From positions 2,488 to 66,487 of the forward strand of contig CAYLLT010000020.1 in NCBI GenBank assembly GCA_964384465.1: DNA of 64,000 nt. Direction: 5' to 3'. This document shows positions 36,721 to 46,678 of the stretch, one piece after another. Position 1 is the stretch's first letter. The number at the start of each line of letters is the position of its first letter. The position numbers and the translations under genes were made by a program. The notes beneath the pieces are model-generated. The model saw only the letters and a list, made by a program, of their open reading frames with translations. It did not search any database and was not told the origin of the DNA. The DNA comes from an uncultured Planctomycetales bacterium (GTDB lineage: Bacteria; Planctomycetota; Phycisphaerae; UBA1845; PWPN01).

Positions 36721-38022
36721 ATGAACCCACGCTGGATGCTCTCAGCGGCGATACTTGGATTGATGTCACTCGCGGCCGGCGGGGCGGAGCCTGCTGCGAC
36801 CGTGCGGTGGAAGCAGAAGCAGTTCATCATCACGTTCTGGAGTCCGCCGCCGGCCACGGAAGAGGCGCTCGCCGCCGTGGCGGCCGAGCATTACAACCTC
36901 ACCTGGGTGCCGGTCGAGGGGCTGGACATGGCCGCCAAGCACGGTCTGCGGGCCATGCTGACCAGCGACCTGTTGAACCCAGTCGTCCTGGATGATGCGG
37001 CGAAGCGGCCGCAGCTCGACGCGCTCATCGAGCGAGTGAAAAAGCACCCCGCCCTGGAGGCGTACTTCATCACCGACGAGCCGGGCGCCGGCGCGTTCCC
37101 CGGCTTGGGCAAGCTGGTGACGTACCTCCGCGAGCGCGACCCGGCCCACCCGGCGTACATCAACCTGTTCCCGACCTACGCGAACGAACAGCAGCTCGGG
37201 GTCAGCGCCGACGCCGCCGAGCGGGCCAAAGTCGGCTATCCGCAAAACTATGCGGGTGTCGGCACCAGCGATAAAACGGTGCTGGCCTACCGCGAGCACC
37301 TGAAGAAGTACGTCGAGATGGTCAAGCCCGATCTCATCAGCTACGACCACTATCATTTCATGAAGGACGGGGGCGACGGAAACCAGTACTTTCTTAACCT
37401 CGCGCTGATCCGCACGGCGGCGCTCGAGGCCGGCAAGCCGTTCCTGAACATTATCCAGGCCAGCGATGGCGAGAAGAGCTGGCGGCTGCCGAACGCCGCC
37501 GAGACGCGCTTTCTTGTTTATACTACGCTGGCCTACGGCGGGCGGGGGATCAGCTACTTCCTCTATTGGGGCTCTCCGTCCTACAGCGGACTCTATAAGG
37601 AAGGCAAACCCACTTCTATGGCCAAAGAGGTGGCCGCCCTCAACGCGGAGATAGAGAAGTTCGGCCCCGCGCTCATGGCCTTGGACTCGCTGGCCGTATA
37701 CCATACCGCACCGTTGCCCTACGGGACGGAGGCCGCCCCACCCGACGCACCGGTGCGAATCATCGGCGGCGGCGAGTTCGTACTCGGCTTGTTCGGCAAG
37801 GCCGGCGGCCGACCGAGCGCCTTCATGGTGGTCAACCGCAACTACAAGCAGAACAGCGAGGCGGAAGTGAGGGTCGCTATCCCCGGCCGCAAGCTGGAGG
37901 AACTCGACCGCAGGACGGGCAAGTGGTCTCACGTCCAGTCCCTCGGCGAGGATCGAATCGTGAAGATCAAGTTGCCGCCGGGCGACGGCCGGCTGTTCCG
38001 CATGTCAGACGCAAAGGGTTAA
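36721..38022 (+). CDS. Secreted glycoside-hydrolase-like TIM-barrel protein (GH42-like organisation; family uncertain)
   Basis: The signal peptide is MNPRWMLSAAILGLMSLAAGGA. Motifs include AYFITDEPGAGAFPGL, PAYINLFPTYA, DLISYDHYHF and LAYGGRGISYFLYW. Confidence 0.45.
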   Translation: MNPRWMLSAAILGLMSLAAGGAEPAATVRWKQKQFIITFWSPPPATEEALAAVAAEHYNLTWVPVEGLDMAAKHGLRAMLTSDLLNPVVLDDAAKRPQLDALIERVKKHPALEAYFITDEPGAGAFPGLGKLVTYLRERDPAHPAYINLFPTYANEQQLGVSADAAERAKVGYPQNYAGVGTSDKTVLAYREHLKKYVEMVKPDLISYDHYHFMKDGGDGNQYFLNLALIRTAALEAGKPFLNIIQASDGEKSWRLPNAAETRFLVYTTLAYGGRGISYFLYWGSPSYSGLYKEGKPTSMAKEVAALNAEIEKFGPALMALDSLAVYHTAPLPYGTEAAPPDAPVRIIGGGEFVLGLFGKAGGRPSAFMVVNRNYKQNSEAEVRVAIPGRKLEELDRRTGKWSHVQSLGEDRIVKIKLPPGDGRLFRMSDAKG

Positions 38023-38024
38023 CG

Positions 38025-39203
38025 ATGATTCAGGCATTGACACTCTCGGGTGCGTTCGCGGTGGGGATCGTGCTGTCGCTTCTGGGGGCGGTCAAGCTCG
38101 CGCTGGCCGAGAAGCTGAACATCAGCGACGCCGAGGTGGGCGGTCTCATCTCGGCCTTGATGTTCTCCTGCGTCATCGGCGCACTGGTCGCCGGCCCCCT
38201 GGTTGACGCGCTGGGCCAGAAGCGGGTGGTGGTATTCGGCTTCGCGCTGTGCGGCGTTTGCATTCTCCTCATCGCCCATGCCACTGCTTATACCGTGCTT
38301 TTCGCCGCCTGTTCCCTGCTCGGCCTGGGCACGCTCTGCGTTTCCACGGTCAGCAGTACGCTGGCCCCGGTGACCCTCTTCGGCGGAAGGAACCCGTCCG
38401 CGGCCCAGAACCTCAATAACGTGTTCTTCGGCCTCGGCGCATTTCTGATCCCGCTGCTGGTCGTCCTCCTCCTGCCCAGGCTCGGCTTTCAAGCCACCAT
38501 CAGTCTCATCGCGGCGCTGATCCTGCTGCCCCTGGTCCCTGGCTTCATGACCACGTATCCACCCCTGACCACCGGGTTCCAATTCACAAGAGCCATCGGA
38601 TTATTGACGAAACCCACGATCCTGCTGGCCGGTCTCGTCCTCTTCTGCTATGTCGCGCTCGAAGCCTCGATGGGCGGCTGGATCACCACCTATCTGACCG
38701 ATCTGGGTGCCAGCGGGAAGACTGCCGGCACGGTCCTGTCGCTCTTCTGGGTGAGCATCATGTTCTCGCGTCTGGCGGCCGCTCTGCTCATGGTGAGAAG
38801 CCGCGTTCTGACCGAACATCCCCATCAGGCCATGTTGATCACCATCGCCCTCACGATCATCTCGATCGTGTGCATCGCGACGATGATCGTCACCAGCTCA
38901 GCGCCGGTGGGAATTGCCGCGATCATTCTGATGGGGCTTTCGTTCGGCCCGAATTTCCCGAACGTCGTGGGCCTGACCTTCAGCCGATGCGATCGATCCG
39001 TCTGGGGCAGCGCGTTTGGGATCGTCTTCGCGATGGGCTTGCTCGGGGCCACCATTATCCCGGCGGCCATCGGCATTTATTCCAAAGGCAAGACCATCCA
39101 GGCCAGCATGCCCATCGCCCTGGTCACGGCCATCGTTCTCCTGGTCCTTTCCGTGGGCCTATGGCGGCTCTGTGCCCCGGGCCGAAGATCAGTCACCGGC
39201 TAG
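38025..39203 (+). CDS. MFS transporter (sugar-type, 12 TM)
   Basis: 392-aa hydrophobic protein with 12 predicted helices, starting 3 nt after the preceding gene's stop. Confidence 0.8.
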   Translation: MIQALTLSGAFAVGIVLSLLGAVKLALAEKLNISDAEVGGLISALMFSCVIGALVAGPLVDALGQKRVVVFGFALCGVCILLIAHATAYTVLFAACSLLGLGTLCVSTVSSTLAPVTLFGGRNPSAAQNLNNVFFGLGAFLIPLLVVLLLPRLGFQATISLIAALILLPLVPGFMTTYPPLTTGFQFTRAIGLLTKPTILLAGLVLFCYVALEASMGGWITTYLTDLGASGKTAGTVLSLFWVSIMFSRLAAALLMVRSRVLTEHPHQAMLITIALTIISIVCIATMIVTSSAPVGIAAIILMGLSFGPNFPNVVGLTFSRCDRSVWGSAFGIVFAMGLLGATIIPAAIGIYSKGKTIQASMPIALVTAIVLLVLSVGLWRLCAPGRRSVTG

Positions 39204-39284
39204 AGCCTTTCACGACCCGGAGGGTCCGAATGCGGGACCCCTGTCAGTTCACTGGACGACGCTTGCGCGCGGTAGAATGCTCGG

Positions 39285-39602
39285 ATGCACTGGTTCTGGC
39301 GAGGAGCCATAGTCTGCATCGTCACCGCTCTGATCATATTCGGGCTTGTCATGACCCAAGCAATCACCCTCGCCGCAATGCTCATCGCTGGCGCTCTCTA
39401 TTGGCTCCCGTTGGGCACGAATGATATAGCCGCATGGCTGATTGTCGCAGCGATGTTGAGCGCGGTTCCATTGTTCCTGTATGGACTCTGGGGGCGGTAC
39501 CTGGCTCCTGATCCCTCCAATGAAACCCGCTGCCGCAAATGCGGTTACATCCTCCGCGGCATCACCGAGCTGCGCTGCCCGGAGTGCGGGGAGAGGATAT
39601 GA
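39285..39602 (+). CDS. Small membrane protein with C-terminal zinc ribbon (CxxCGY...CPECG)
   Basis: 105 aa with three hydrophobic helices, then CRKCGYILRGITELRCPECGERI. Confidence 0.55.
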   Translation: MHWFWRGAIVCIVTALIIFGLVMTQAITLAAMLIAGALYWLPLGTNDIAAWLIVAAMLSAVPLFLYGLWGRYLAPDPSNETRCRKCGYILRGITELRCPECGERI

Positions 39603-40132
39603 AGTGGCGTTCTCGAACACGCCGTTTGTTCAGACGGTCCGGGCTCTTCTTCTCGATGCTCATAGCCGTGGCGTGGATAGTCTCCTTTTTCTTCCAATTC
39701 GAGTATTTCCTGAAGCAGAAAAAAACGGGCGCATCATTCCTCGGCAGCCCAGGATACACGTTTACCTTGGGCATGTGGCTGAGTGAAGGGGCCGCAGGCG
39801 TCGGCTACAGATGGCCGGGGGGACAAGGATGGCAGATCGCAAAGAGCTCCGTTATCACGATGGAGGACACATGGCTACCTTTCTTCGACCCCAGCGGACA
39901 AGATGCGCGTAACTGGAACGGTGTCCCTCTGGTAATCCTGCCGCTTTGGATTCCTTTCCTCATCGTGGCCATCCCGACGGGCGTCCTCTGGAGACGTGAC
40001 CGTCGCATCCCGCAGGGGCATTGCCAGGAATGCGGCTACTCCCTGACCGGCAACACCTCCGGCGTGTGCCCGGAGTGCGGGACGGCGGTCAATTCTCCTC
40101 CGGCGTCACCGGAGTGCGGGGAGAGGATATGA
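39599..40132 (+). CDS. Membrane protein with C-terminal zinc ribbon, paralogue of the preceding gene
   Basis: The ATG at 39599 overlaps the upstream stop (ATGA). It has N-terminal and C-terminal TM helices, then CQECGYSLTGNTSGVCPECGTAVNSPPASPECGERI. Confidence 0.55.
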   Translation: MKWRSRTRRLFRRSGLFFSMLIAVAWIVSFFFQFEYFLKQKKTGASFLGSPGYTFTLGMWLSEGAAGVGYRWPGGQGWQIAKSSVITMEDTWLPFFDPSGQDARNWNGVPLVILPLWIPFLIVAIPTGVLWRRDRRIPQGHCQECGYSLTGNTSGVCPECGTAVNSPPASPECGERI

Positions 40133-40235
40133 AGGGCTGATGCAATGATGACCCGCGTGTCCTGTTGGGTAACTTCTGTTCGCGCTCGGTGCGGTGGTCG
40201 GATGGGGTGTGGCGCCTTGGCGCGGATACGTGCGT

Positions 40236-42605
40236 TCATCGCTGGCCGGTCGGAAAATCGCGGGCGGCGCGGCCCAGCATTTGCCCCAGCGGTTCGTCCG
40301 GGGCGGGCGGAGCGAGCAATCGCGATTCAGGCCGGTGTTGCAAATAATAGGCCAGCACTTCCGCGAAGTAGATCACACCCTCCGGCGGCGACGATCCGAA
40401 TGTGTACGCACCCTCGCGGTAGTCGCGCTGCGGATCGCGGTCCGACGGGCGCTTGTACAGCGTGTAGATTTCCTTCTGCGTCTTGATCCTGCCCGTGGCC
40501 AGTTCCCATCCGGATAGCGTGCCGGGCACCTTGCCGGTTTGCAGCCAGCCGTGCAGCCGTTGACGCAGGACGCGCTCGATCGCGTCCAGATACTTCTCGT
40601 GTGGGCCGAGCAGCTTGGCCGCGTTGGTGATCTGCCACGCGTTTTCCATGCCCATGCTCAGCAACAACGTGCTGGAAGATGGATGCGGATACCTCCACCC
40701 GCCGAGCGGGTCCTGGCTGTCGGCGAGAAAGTCCGCCACCGCCTGCACCACGTCGCGCAGCTTGGGCTCGTCGGGATAATAACGGGCCAGCGCCGGCAAA
40801 CCGTTCAACGCATACCCGATGATGTACGGTTTGGCATATCCGAAGGGCACGCCCGCGGCATCATCGTCCACGAACGGCGGATCCGGCTTCAGCGGCTTGC
40901 CGCCCTGATCGAACAGATCGCCCGTCGACAGCTTGGTCCGCAGCTCGCGGAACAGCCGGATCGCTTCGTTGAGATACCGCTTTTCGCCGGTGAACTCGTA
41001 CAGATGCACAAAATCGGCCACGTCGCCGATGTTCCGGCACTCGCCGTGGTCCGCGAACACATTCTGCTTCGCATAATTCACCTGCGCGTCCAGCGCCGCC
41101 ATCATCCGCGGATCGCCGGTCTCCTCGTAGGCGAGTAGAAATGAGTCGTATCCCTTCGTGCAGAAATTGCTTTCGCCGTTCGACCGCCACATATACGAGC
41201 GGTCGTTATCCAGCGGCTCGCGCTGCATGGCGATGATGTTGCAATAGCGCGTACCGCCCGTCGCCCCCGGCCCCCACCAGATCGTCTGATCGTAAAAGTT
41301 GTCGCACCAGTTCACGGCCGTATCCAGCAGCCGCCGGTCGCCGCTGCGATACGCGTCGAAGAATATCGCCGGGCAGTGATTGAGCCGGTTCATGCCCATG
41401 ACCGGGCCTGCGGCGACGCCGTCGTTGTAAGCGGTGACGTTGCCCCAATCATCGCCGACGCATGCGCTGTGGACCACCGCGTCGCGGTGATAGGCGAGCA
41501 AGCGTGCGAGCGGCGAATCCGGTTTCAATGTCAGGCGCGGCTTGCAGGGATAGAGTTCATCCCAGATGCTCGAATCAACGCGGCAAACGTGCGGATAGCC
41601 CAACGTCGGCGTTAACGCCGCCGCCTTCACCGGCGCGATCACCACCTCCGCCCGATGCCACGCCGCCTGCTGCATCGGCACTTTCTCATCCGCCCGGCAC
41701 CGCCAATAGCGATAGGACACTTCGCCAGGAGTATCGCCCATTTTGGCTTCAACAAATCCGCGTCGTCGCAGCGGCGCCGCCGGATGATAGACCCGATATG
41801 CATCGCCGACGCTCAAGACGCAGGACGCTCCATCCTTGAATGCATGCCTGATCGTCGATTTTCCGAGTCCCGATTTCATCTGACCGCTCTCGAGAGACAC
41901 CTTCGCGTTCTGTGAGTTAGGGAGCGTCAGTTCCCATCCAAAATCGGGCGCCCGGCCGTCCCCCTCGACATTCCGTTGTAGGTGCGCGATCAGCGCCACC
42001 GTACCCATCGCATCCGCGCGCATCTCGATCACTTGTTGCCACTGCGGATCGTTCAATACGTACCGCTCCCAGATGAAGTATCTGTCGCATTCAACAAGTT
42101 CAACCTTTACCTGCGTTGTCTGAGTCGGTTCGGGCGCCAGTAGCTTGGCCTTGATCGTCGTACCATCCCTGAATACGACCTCGACGTTTCGCCAATCATC
42201 TGACGTGACCTCAGGAAGCGGAACGCTGGATTTGGGTTCTGCTGCATTCCGGGGGAGACCGAGAGTGAACGTGACCGGAGCAGTTGAAGTGAACGTGTAG
42301 GGAAACGTAAATATTCCGCGCCGAAGAGTGCTGATCCCATCGGATGTCGGCGCGTGCCCGGTGATATCCCGACATGTTGGACGGATGGATATACCGTCCG
42401 GTCCCATCAAATAAATCGCATCACTTTTAGCCGGGAAAATGGTGAGGCGACGGAACGGTATCGACGCGCGTACCAATTGTTCCCCTGTAGCCGCCGGCGT
42501 GACCGTGATGGTCATCCTTGCAGGCCGGCTCTCCGGCTGCGCGGCTCTGCAGGTGACACACATCCAGGCGGCCAAAACAGCGTTCAGACGTCGCCGGTAG
42601 CTCAT
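40236..42605 (-). CDS. Secreted hypothetical protein; the C-terminal half looks like an (alpha/alpha)-toroid polysaccharide lyase/hydrolase fold (low-confidence function)
   Basis: 789-aa ORF with signal-like MSYRRRLNAVLAAWMCVTCRAA. It has good coding character, but I can name no diagnostic motif. Confidence 0.35.
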   Translation of the reverse strand: MSYRRRLNAVLAAWMCVTCRAAQPESRPARMTITVTPAATGEQLVRASIPFRRLTIFPAKSDAIYLMGPDGISIRPTCRDITGHAPTSDGISTLRRGIFTFPYTFTSTAPVTFTLGLPRNAAEPKSSVPLPEVTSDDWRNVEVVFRDGTTIKAKLLAPEPTQTTQVKVELVECDRYFIWERYVLNDPQWQQVIEMRADAMGTVALIAHLQRNVEGDGRAPDFGWELTLPNSQNAKVSLESGQMKSGLGKSTIRHAFKDGASCVLSVGDAYRVYHPAAPLRRRGFVEAKMGDTPGEVSYRYWRCRADEKVPMQQAAWHRAEVVIAPVKAAALTPTLGYPHVCRVDSSIWDELYPCKPRLTLKPDSPLARLLAYHRDAVVHSACVGDDWGNVTAYNDGVAAGPVMGMNRLNHCPAIFFDAYRSGDRRLLDTAVNWCDNFYDQTIWWGPGATGGTRYCNIIAMQREPLDNDRSYMWRSNGESNFCTKGYDSFLLAYEETGDPRMMAALDAQVNYAKQNVFADHGECRNIGDVADFVHLYEFTGEKRYLNEAIRLFRELRTKLSTGDLFDQGGKPLKPDPPFVDDDAAGVPFGYAKPYIIGYALNGLPALARYYPDEPKLRDVVQAVADFLADSQDPLGGWRYPHPSSSTLLLSMGMENAWQITNAAKLLGPHEKYLDAIERVLRQRLHGWLQTGKVPGTLSGWELATGRIKTQKEIYTLYKRPSDRDPQRDYREGAYTFGSSPPEGVIYFAEVLAYYLQHRPESRLLAPPAPDEPLGQMLGRAARDFPTGQR

Positions 42606-42625
42606 CGTTCGGACCTCATCGGCAT

Positions 42626-44638
42626 CTATTGGACCTCCACGACTGTTGCGGCTCCCTGCAACACGCGATACCGAACCGGCGATTCATCATGAACATCGAC
42701 GGTCGCCGCCTCGCCCTGTTTGGTCCAGTCCGGGCGATAACTCTGCACGCGATGTTGCCTGCCGTGCGGCGTGATCCGAAGCGTCAGATCATCGGCATCC
42801 GTGCAGTTAAGCACAATGACCCTGCGTACCGGCTTCGGCAGGACAACGTCGTGCGTTGCCGCATTGCGAATGTACACCACGGCCTCATCCGTCCCCACCA
42901 GCATCATGTCCGGCGCGCCGTAGTCCGCGCCGAACAGGCGAAAATCCCCGCGGAGCAACGTTTCCTTATGCTGCTTGTAAAACGCCAGCCACGCCGCGAC
43001 CAGGCGGCACTGCTCCTCGGGCGCGGTCAGAAAATCCACCGATAGCGCGGGCACCCCGTTGCAGACCATCGTCGCCAGGAACTTGCCCACCAGCGCCCTA
43101 TCCGCCTCCTGCTTCCAGAACATCGGGTCGTTCTTGAGCACGATGTCGTAGGTCCATGCCCGCATCTGAATGCTCGCCAGCCGCAGGTTTTCGTAACTTT
43201 CCGGAGCATCCGACGGCTGCACCACATCGAGGGCACGCTTGCTGTTCAGATTGGCGTGCAGGACGCGGGCTTCGGTGATCGCTTCCGGATTGACCGAACG
43301 CAGGCCGTCATGAATCGCCGCCAGGCAATCGGTAAAGGCCGCGCCCATCGGCTGCGCGGTGTGTTCATGTTTCGCGACACACACGGCCGGCACCGAATCC
43401 GCCGCGTCGAGCCACATGCCGTCCATGCCGTACGTCTTCGCCACCCGCGCGAACGTATCCCGCAGATAATCCTTCATCCCGGGATGCCGGGGGCACAGAT
43501 TGTAATCCTCGCCCTCCGTCGTCCACGCATGCCAGTCGCCGGTCTTTTCCTGATACACCCGGCTCTTCCTGCCCTGCCAGAACGGGGCCGACCACAGTTC
43601 CACGCGCAGCCCCATCTCGTGCATCTGCCGAATCGCTCCGGGCAGATCGGGATACCGATCGGGCATGGCCTTGAAGTCGCCGAGGATGCCGTGCTTGAAG
43701 TCGCCATATCCGCCGTCGGGCCGGCAATCCCAGCCGGCGTCGATCAAAATCGTTCCGAAGCCCAGTTCCTTGCATTTGCGGGCGACCTTCAACACGCCCG
43801 CCTGATCGATGTGATCCAGGTAACAGTACCATGTGCAGAATACCGGCTCGCTGGTCCAGGCCGGCGGCGCCGCGTGCTGCCGGTGATTGAGCGCATCGAA
43901 GGTCTTCGCATACGTCCGCACGACATCCCACCACGATTCGCCCGCCGTATCGACGAACATCGCGTCTTCGAGGCGCTCGCCGGTGAACGGGACATCCTCC
44001 TGCCGTGACAGCGTCAGCACGTATCGATCGCCATCGGCGTCACCCTTCAATTCAGTCGCACGCTCGGCAACGGTCCAACCGACGGCTATCCGATTGTTGC
44101 CCTTGTCATCGGTGAGTTGGATCAACGGCGCATCGTGGTTCGCATTGCCTGAGTCCTTGAACCCGCCCGGTATCTTCGTGCGATAGATCCGCATGTCCTC
44201 CGGCCACTTCTTGTGTTCGTGATAGTAAATGAGCGTATGCGCGATTGGTGCCGTCGCCGGCACGGTGACGGCGTGAAGTCCCTCGATCGGCAAACGCAAG
44301 CGTGCCGTATAACCGCGGATGGACAGCCTTTGCCCGGCCGGGGGTTCAAGTTTGAACCGCATCAACCGCGGCGGGCGGGCCTCTTCGATCGTCAGCACCA
44401 GCGTGTGCCCCTGCCACGCATAGCGTGCCTCATTCGCCGTCCGGTTTTCGAGTTGCCATTCCACATCGGGTTTGTCGAGATCGAAGGTCAACTCGATTTT
44501 TGGAACGCCCTCGAACGGCACATCAATACCCGCAGCGCGCAAAACCGCCGCGCCGTACAAACCGAAAGCCGCCATGACCGTCCCTGCTCCTGGCCGACGA
44601 CATTTCACGTGAATTCTCCATTTGGTTATGAACTGCAT
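42626..44638 (-). CDS. Glycoside hydrolase, clan GH-D-like (alpha-galactosidase/melibiase-type TIM barrel)
   Basis: Motifs are PVFCTWYCY...GFGTILIDAGWD...GLRVELWSAPFW...YGMDGMWLDAAD. The start is uncertain (alternative ATG at 44575). Confidence 0.5.
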   Translation of the reverse strand: MQFITKWRIHVKCRRPGAGTVMAAFGLYGAAVLRAAGIDVPFEGVPKIELTFDLDKPDVEWQLENRTANEARYAWQGHTLVLTIEEARPPRLMRFKLEPPAGQRLSIRGYTARLRLPIEGLHAVTVPATAPIAHTLIYYHEHKKWPEDMRIYRTKIPGGFKDSGNANHDAPLIQLTDDKGNNRIAVGWTVAERATELKGDADGDRYVLTLSRQEDVPFTGERLEDAMFVDTAGESWWDVVRTYAKTFDALNHRQHAAPPAWTSEPVFCTWYCYLDHIDQAGVLKVARKCKELGFGTILIDAGWDCRPDGGYGDFKHGILGDFKAMPDRYPDLPGAIRQMHEMGLRVELWSAPFWQGRKSRVYQEKTGDWHAWTTEGEDYNLCPRHPGMKDYLRDTFARVAKTYGMDGMWLDAADSVPAVCVAKHEHTAQPMGAAFTDCLAAIHDGLRSVNPEAITEARVLHANLNSKRALDVVQPSDAPESYENLRLASIQMRAWTYDIVLKNDPMFWKQEADRALVGKFLATMVCNGVPALSVDFLTAPEEQCRLVAAWLAFYKQHKETLLRGDFRLFGADYGAPDMMLVGTDEAVVYIRNAATHDVVLPKPVRRVIVLNCTDADDLTLRITPHGRQHRVQSYRPDWTKQGEAATVDVHDESPVRYRVLQGAATVVEVQ

Positions 44639-44679
44639 CTGATGTGGGTATCATTGTAGCGGACCCGGTGTGCTAAGGA

Positions 44680-46287
44680 ATGACATGCATGCTGAGATTT
44701 CGCATTCGCATACTCGTATGGTTGAGCCGGTTCGTCGTGGTTCTTGCGTCGGTGGCCCCGACCCGCGCCGCTGAGGTCGATCGAGACGTGGTGGTTTACG
44801 GGGGCACCGCAGCGGGGGCGATGGCGGGAATCGCGGCGGCGCGGCATGGGGCGTCGGTGATCATTCTCGAGCCGGGCAGGCATGTCGGCGGCATGGTGTC
44901 GGGTGGTCTGAGCCGCTCCGACGTACTCCGCCAGGAACACCTCATCGGCGGACTGGCGCTCGAATTCTTCACACGAGTCGGAAAGCATTACGGCCAGCCG
45001 GTCGCCTGGCAATTCGAGCCGCACGTGGCGGAGAACACATTCAAGGCCATGCTGAAGGAAGCAGGCGTGGAGGTGCGGTTCGGCCAGTCGTTGGCCGCAG
45101 CCGACACCGATGGGACTCGCTTGCGTGCGCTGCATACGCGGGACGGAGGCGCGTACACCGCCAAGGTATTCATCGACGCCACCTACGAAGGAGATTTATT
45201 GAAGGCGGCGGGCGTGTCCTATGTCGTCGGGCGGGAAGGGCGCGATCGCTACGACGAATCTCTCGCCGGCCGATGCGAGTTGCTGCCGATGCACCACCAG
45301 TTCAAGGCCGCGGTTTCACCCTGGCGCGACGGCAAGCTGCTGCCGTACATCACGCCGCAGGACAAGCTGGTGCCGGTCGGCGCCGGCGACGGCAAGATAC
45401 AGGGCTACTGCTTCCGCCTCTGCCTGACCGATCGGCCGGAGAACCGTTTGCCGATCTCGAAACCGGAGGGCTACGATCCATCACGCTACGAATTGTTGCG
45501 ACGTTACATCATCGCCCTCGAAGAGCGCGAAGCTGGGCGCGCCCACGCCTTCTTGGGAATCGGACGCATCCCCAACGGAAAATGTGATGCGAACAGCGGC
45601 GGACCGGTCTCCTCCAACATGCTCGGCGCCAACCAGGAATACCCCGAAGCGTCCCCGAAGCGCCGAGCGGAGATCTGGGAGGAGCACCGGAGTTGGGTGC
45701 ATGGCCTGCTGTACTTCCTCCAGAACGATCCCTCCGTGCCCGAGAAGGTGCGCGCCGACTATACCCCCTGGGGCTTGTGCAAAGACGAGTTTCAAGACAC
45801 CGGCGGCTGGCCTCATCAGCTCTACGTCCGCGAAGCCCGGCGCATGCTCGGCGAATACGTGCTCACGCAACGCGACCTCCAGACACACCGGCGCAAGCAC
45901 GACGCGATCGGAATGGCCGGCTACAACATCGACATCCGCGAGGTGCAATGGGTCTCGGCGCGCAACTTCCATTTCCCAAAAGCAGAGGATGAGACGTTCC
46001 TGGAAGGCTACCTGAGTCAGCCCGTGGAACCCTGGGACATCCCGTATCGTTCGCTGCTACCGCGTTACTCGGAGTGCTCGAACCTGCTGGTGCCGGTTTG
46101 TGTTTCAGCTTCGACGGTGGCTTACGCGTCTTTCCGTATGGAGCCCAATTACATGATCGCAGGTCACAGCGCGGGCGTGGCCGCCGCCCTGGCCGCCAAA
46201 GCCTCCGTTTCCGTTCATAACGTGAACCTCGACAACCTCCGAGATTGTCTTCGCGCCGACGGCCAGATCTTGCACGTTGAGAAATGA
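44680..46287 (+). CDS. FAD-dependent oxidoreductase (FAD_oxidored family common in PVC/Bacteroidota glycan loci)
   Basis: The dinucleotide-binding motif is VVVYGGTAAGAMAGIAAARHGASVIILEPGRHVGGMVSGGL. A signal-like N-terminus is present. Confidence 0.75.
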   Translation: MTCMLRFRIRILVWLSRFVVVLASVAPTRAAEVDRDVVVYGGTAAGAMAGIAAARHGASVIILEPGRHVGGMVSGGLSRSDVLRQEHLIGGLALEFFTRVGKHYGQPVAWQFEPHVAENTFKAMLKEAGVEVRFGQSLAAADTDGTRLRALHTRDGGAYTAKVFIDATYEGDLLKAAGVSYVVGREGRDRYDESLAGRCELLPMHHQFKAAVSPWRDGKLLPYITPQDKLVPVGAGDGKIQGYCFRLCLTDRPENRLPISKPEGYDPSRYELLRRYIIALEEREAGRAHAFLGIGRIPNGKCDANSGGPVSSNMLGANQEYPEASPKRRAEIWEEHRSWVHGLLYFLQNDPSVPEKVRADYTPWGLCKDEFQDTGGWPHQLYVREARRMLGEYVLTQRDLQTHRRKHDAIGMAGYNIDIREVQWVSARNFHFPKAEDETFLEGYLSQPVEPWDIPYRSLLPRYSECSNLLVPVCVSASTVAYASFRMEPNYMIAGHSAGVAAALAAKASVSVHNVNLDNLRDCLRADGQILHVEK

Positions 46288-46295
46288 CCTCATTG

Positions 46296-46570
46296 ATGAT
46301 CCGGGCGGACCTGTGGCGTGCCCGAGCACTGTGGATTCGCGAGACACGAGATAGAGCTGAACGGCGGCGGCGGTTATCCGTATCCCCCTGTGGATATCGT
46401 TTCTGCTCTTCGCCGCGCTGACTGCATTCTTCTTCTGGCACGACCGTCGCCTGCCACAGGGGTATTGCGAGCAATGCGGCTATTCCATTACCGGCAACAC
46501 CTCCGGCGTGTGCCCGGAGTGCGGAACGCCGGTCAGTTCACCCCCTGCAGTTTCCACCGCTCCCGAATGA
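46296..46570 (+). pseudogene. Degenerate or frameshifted third copy of the zinc-ribbon membrane protein family
   Basis: The frame ending at TGA 46568-46570 encodes IPLWISFLLFAALTAFFFWHDRRLPQGYCEQCGYSITGNTSGVCPECGTPVSSPP. It has no start codon after the stops at 46352 and 46358. A 42-codon ATG ORF (46296, MIRADLWRARALWIRETRDRAERRRR...) lies in another frame. The two frames would join through a shift near the CGG run at 46362-46373. Confidence 0.45.
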
Positions 46571-46678
46571 GTTGTGCCCGATACTTCAGGACGGGGTCGC
46601 TTGTACGATAACAGGACACGGCCCGATGACGGAGTCGGCAAGGCCACTATGGGAAAGGTCGAATCCGAGAATTGCGAT

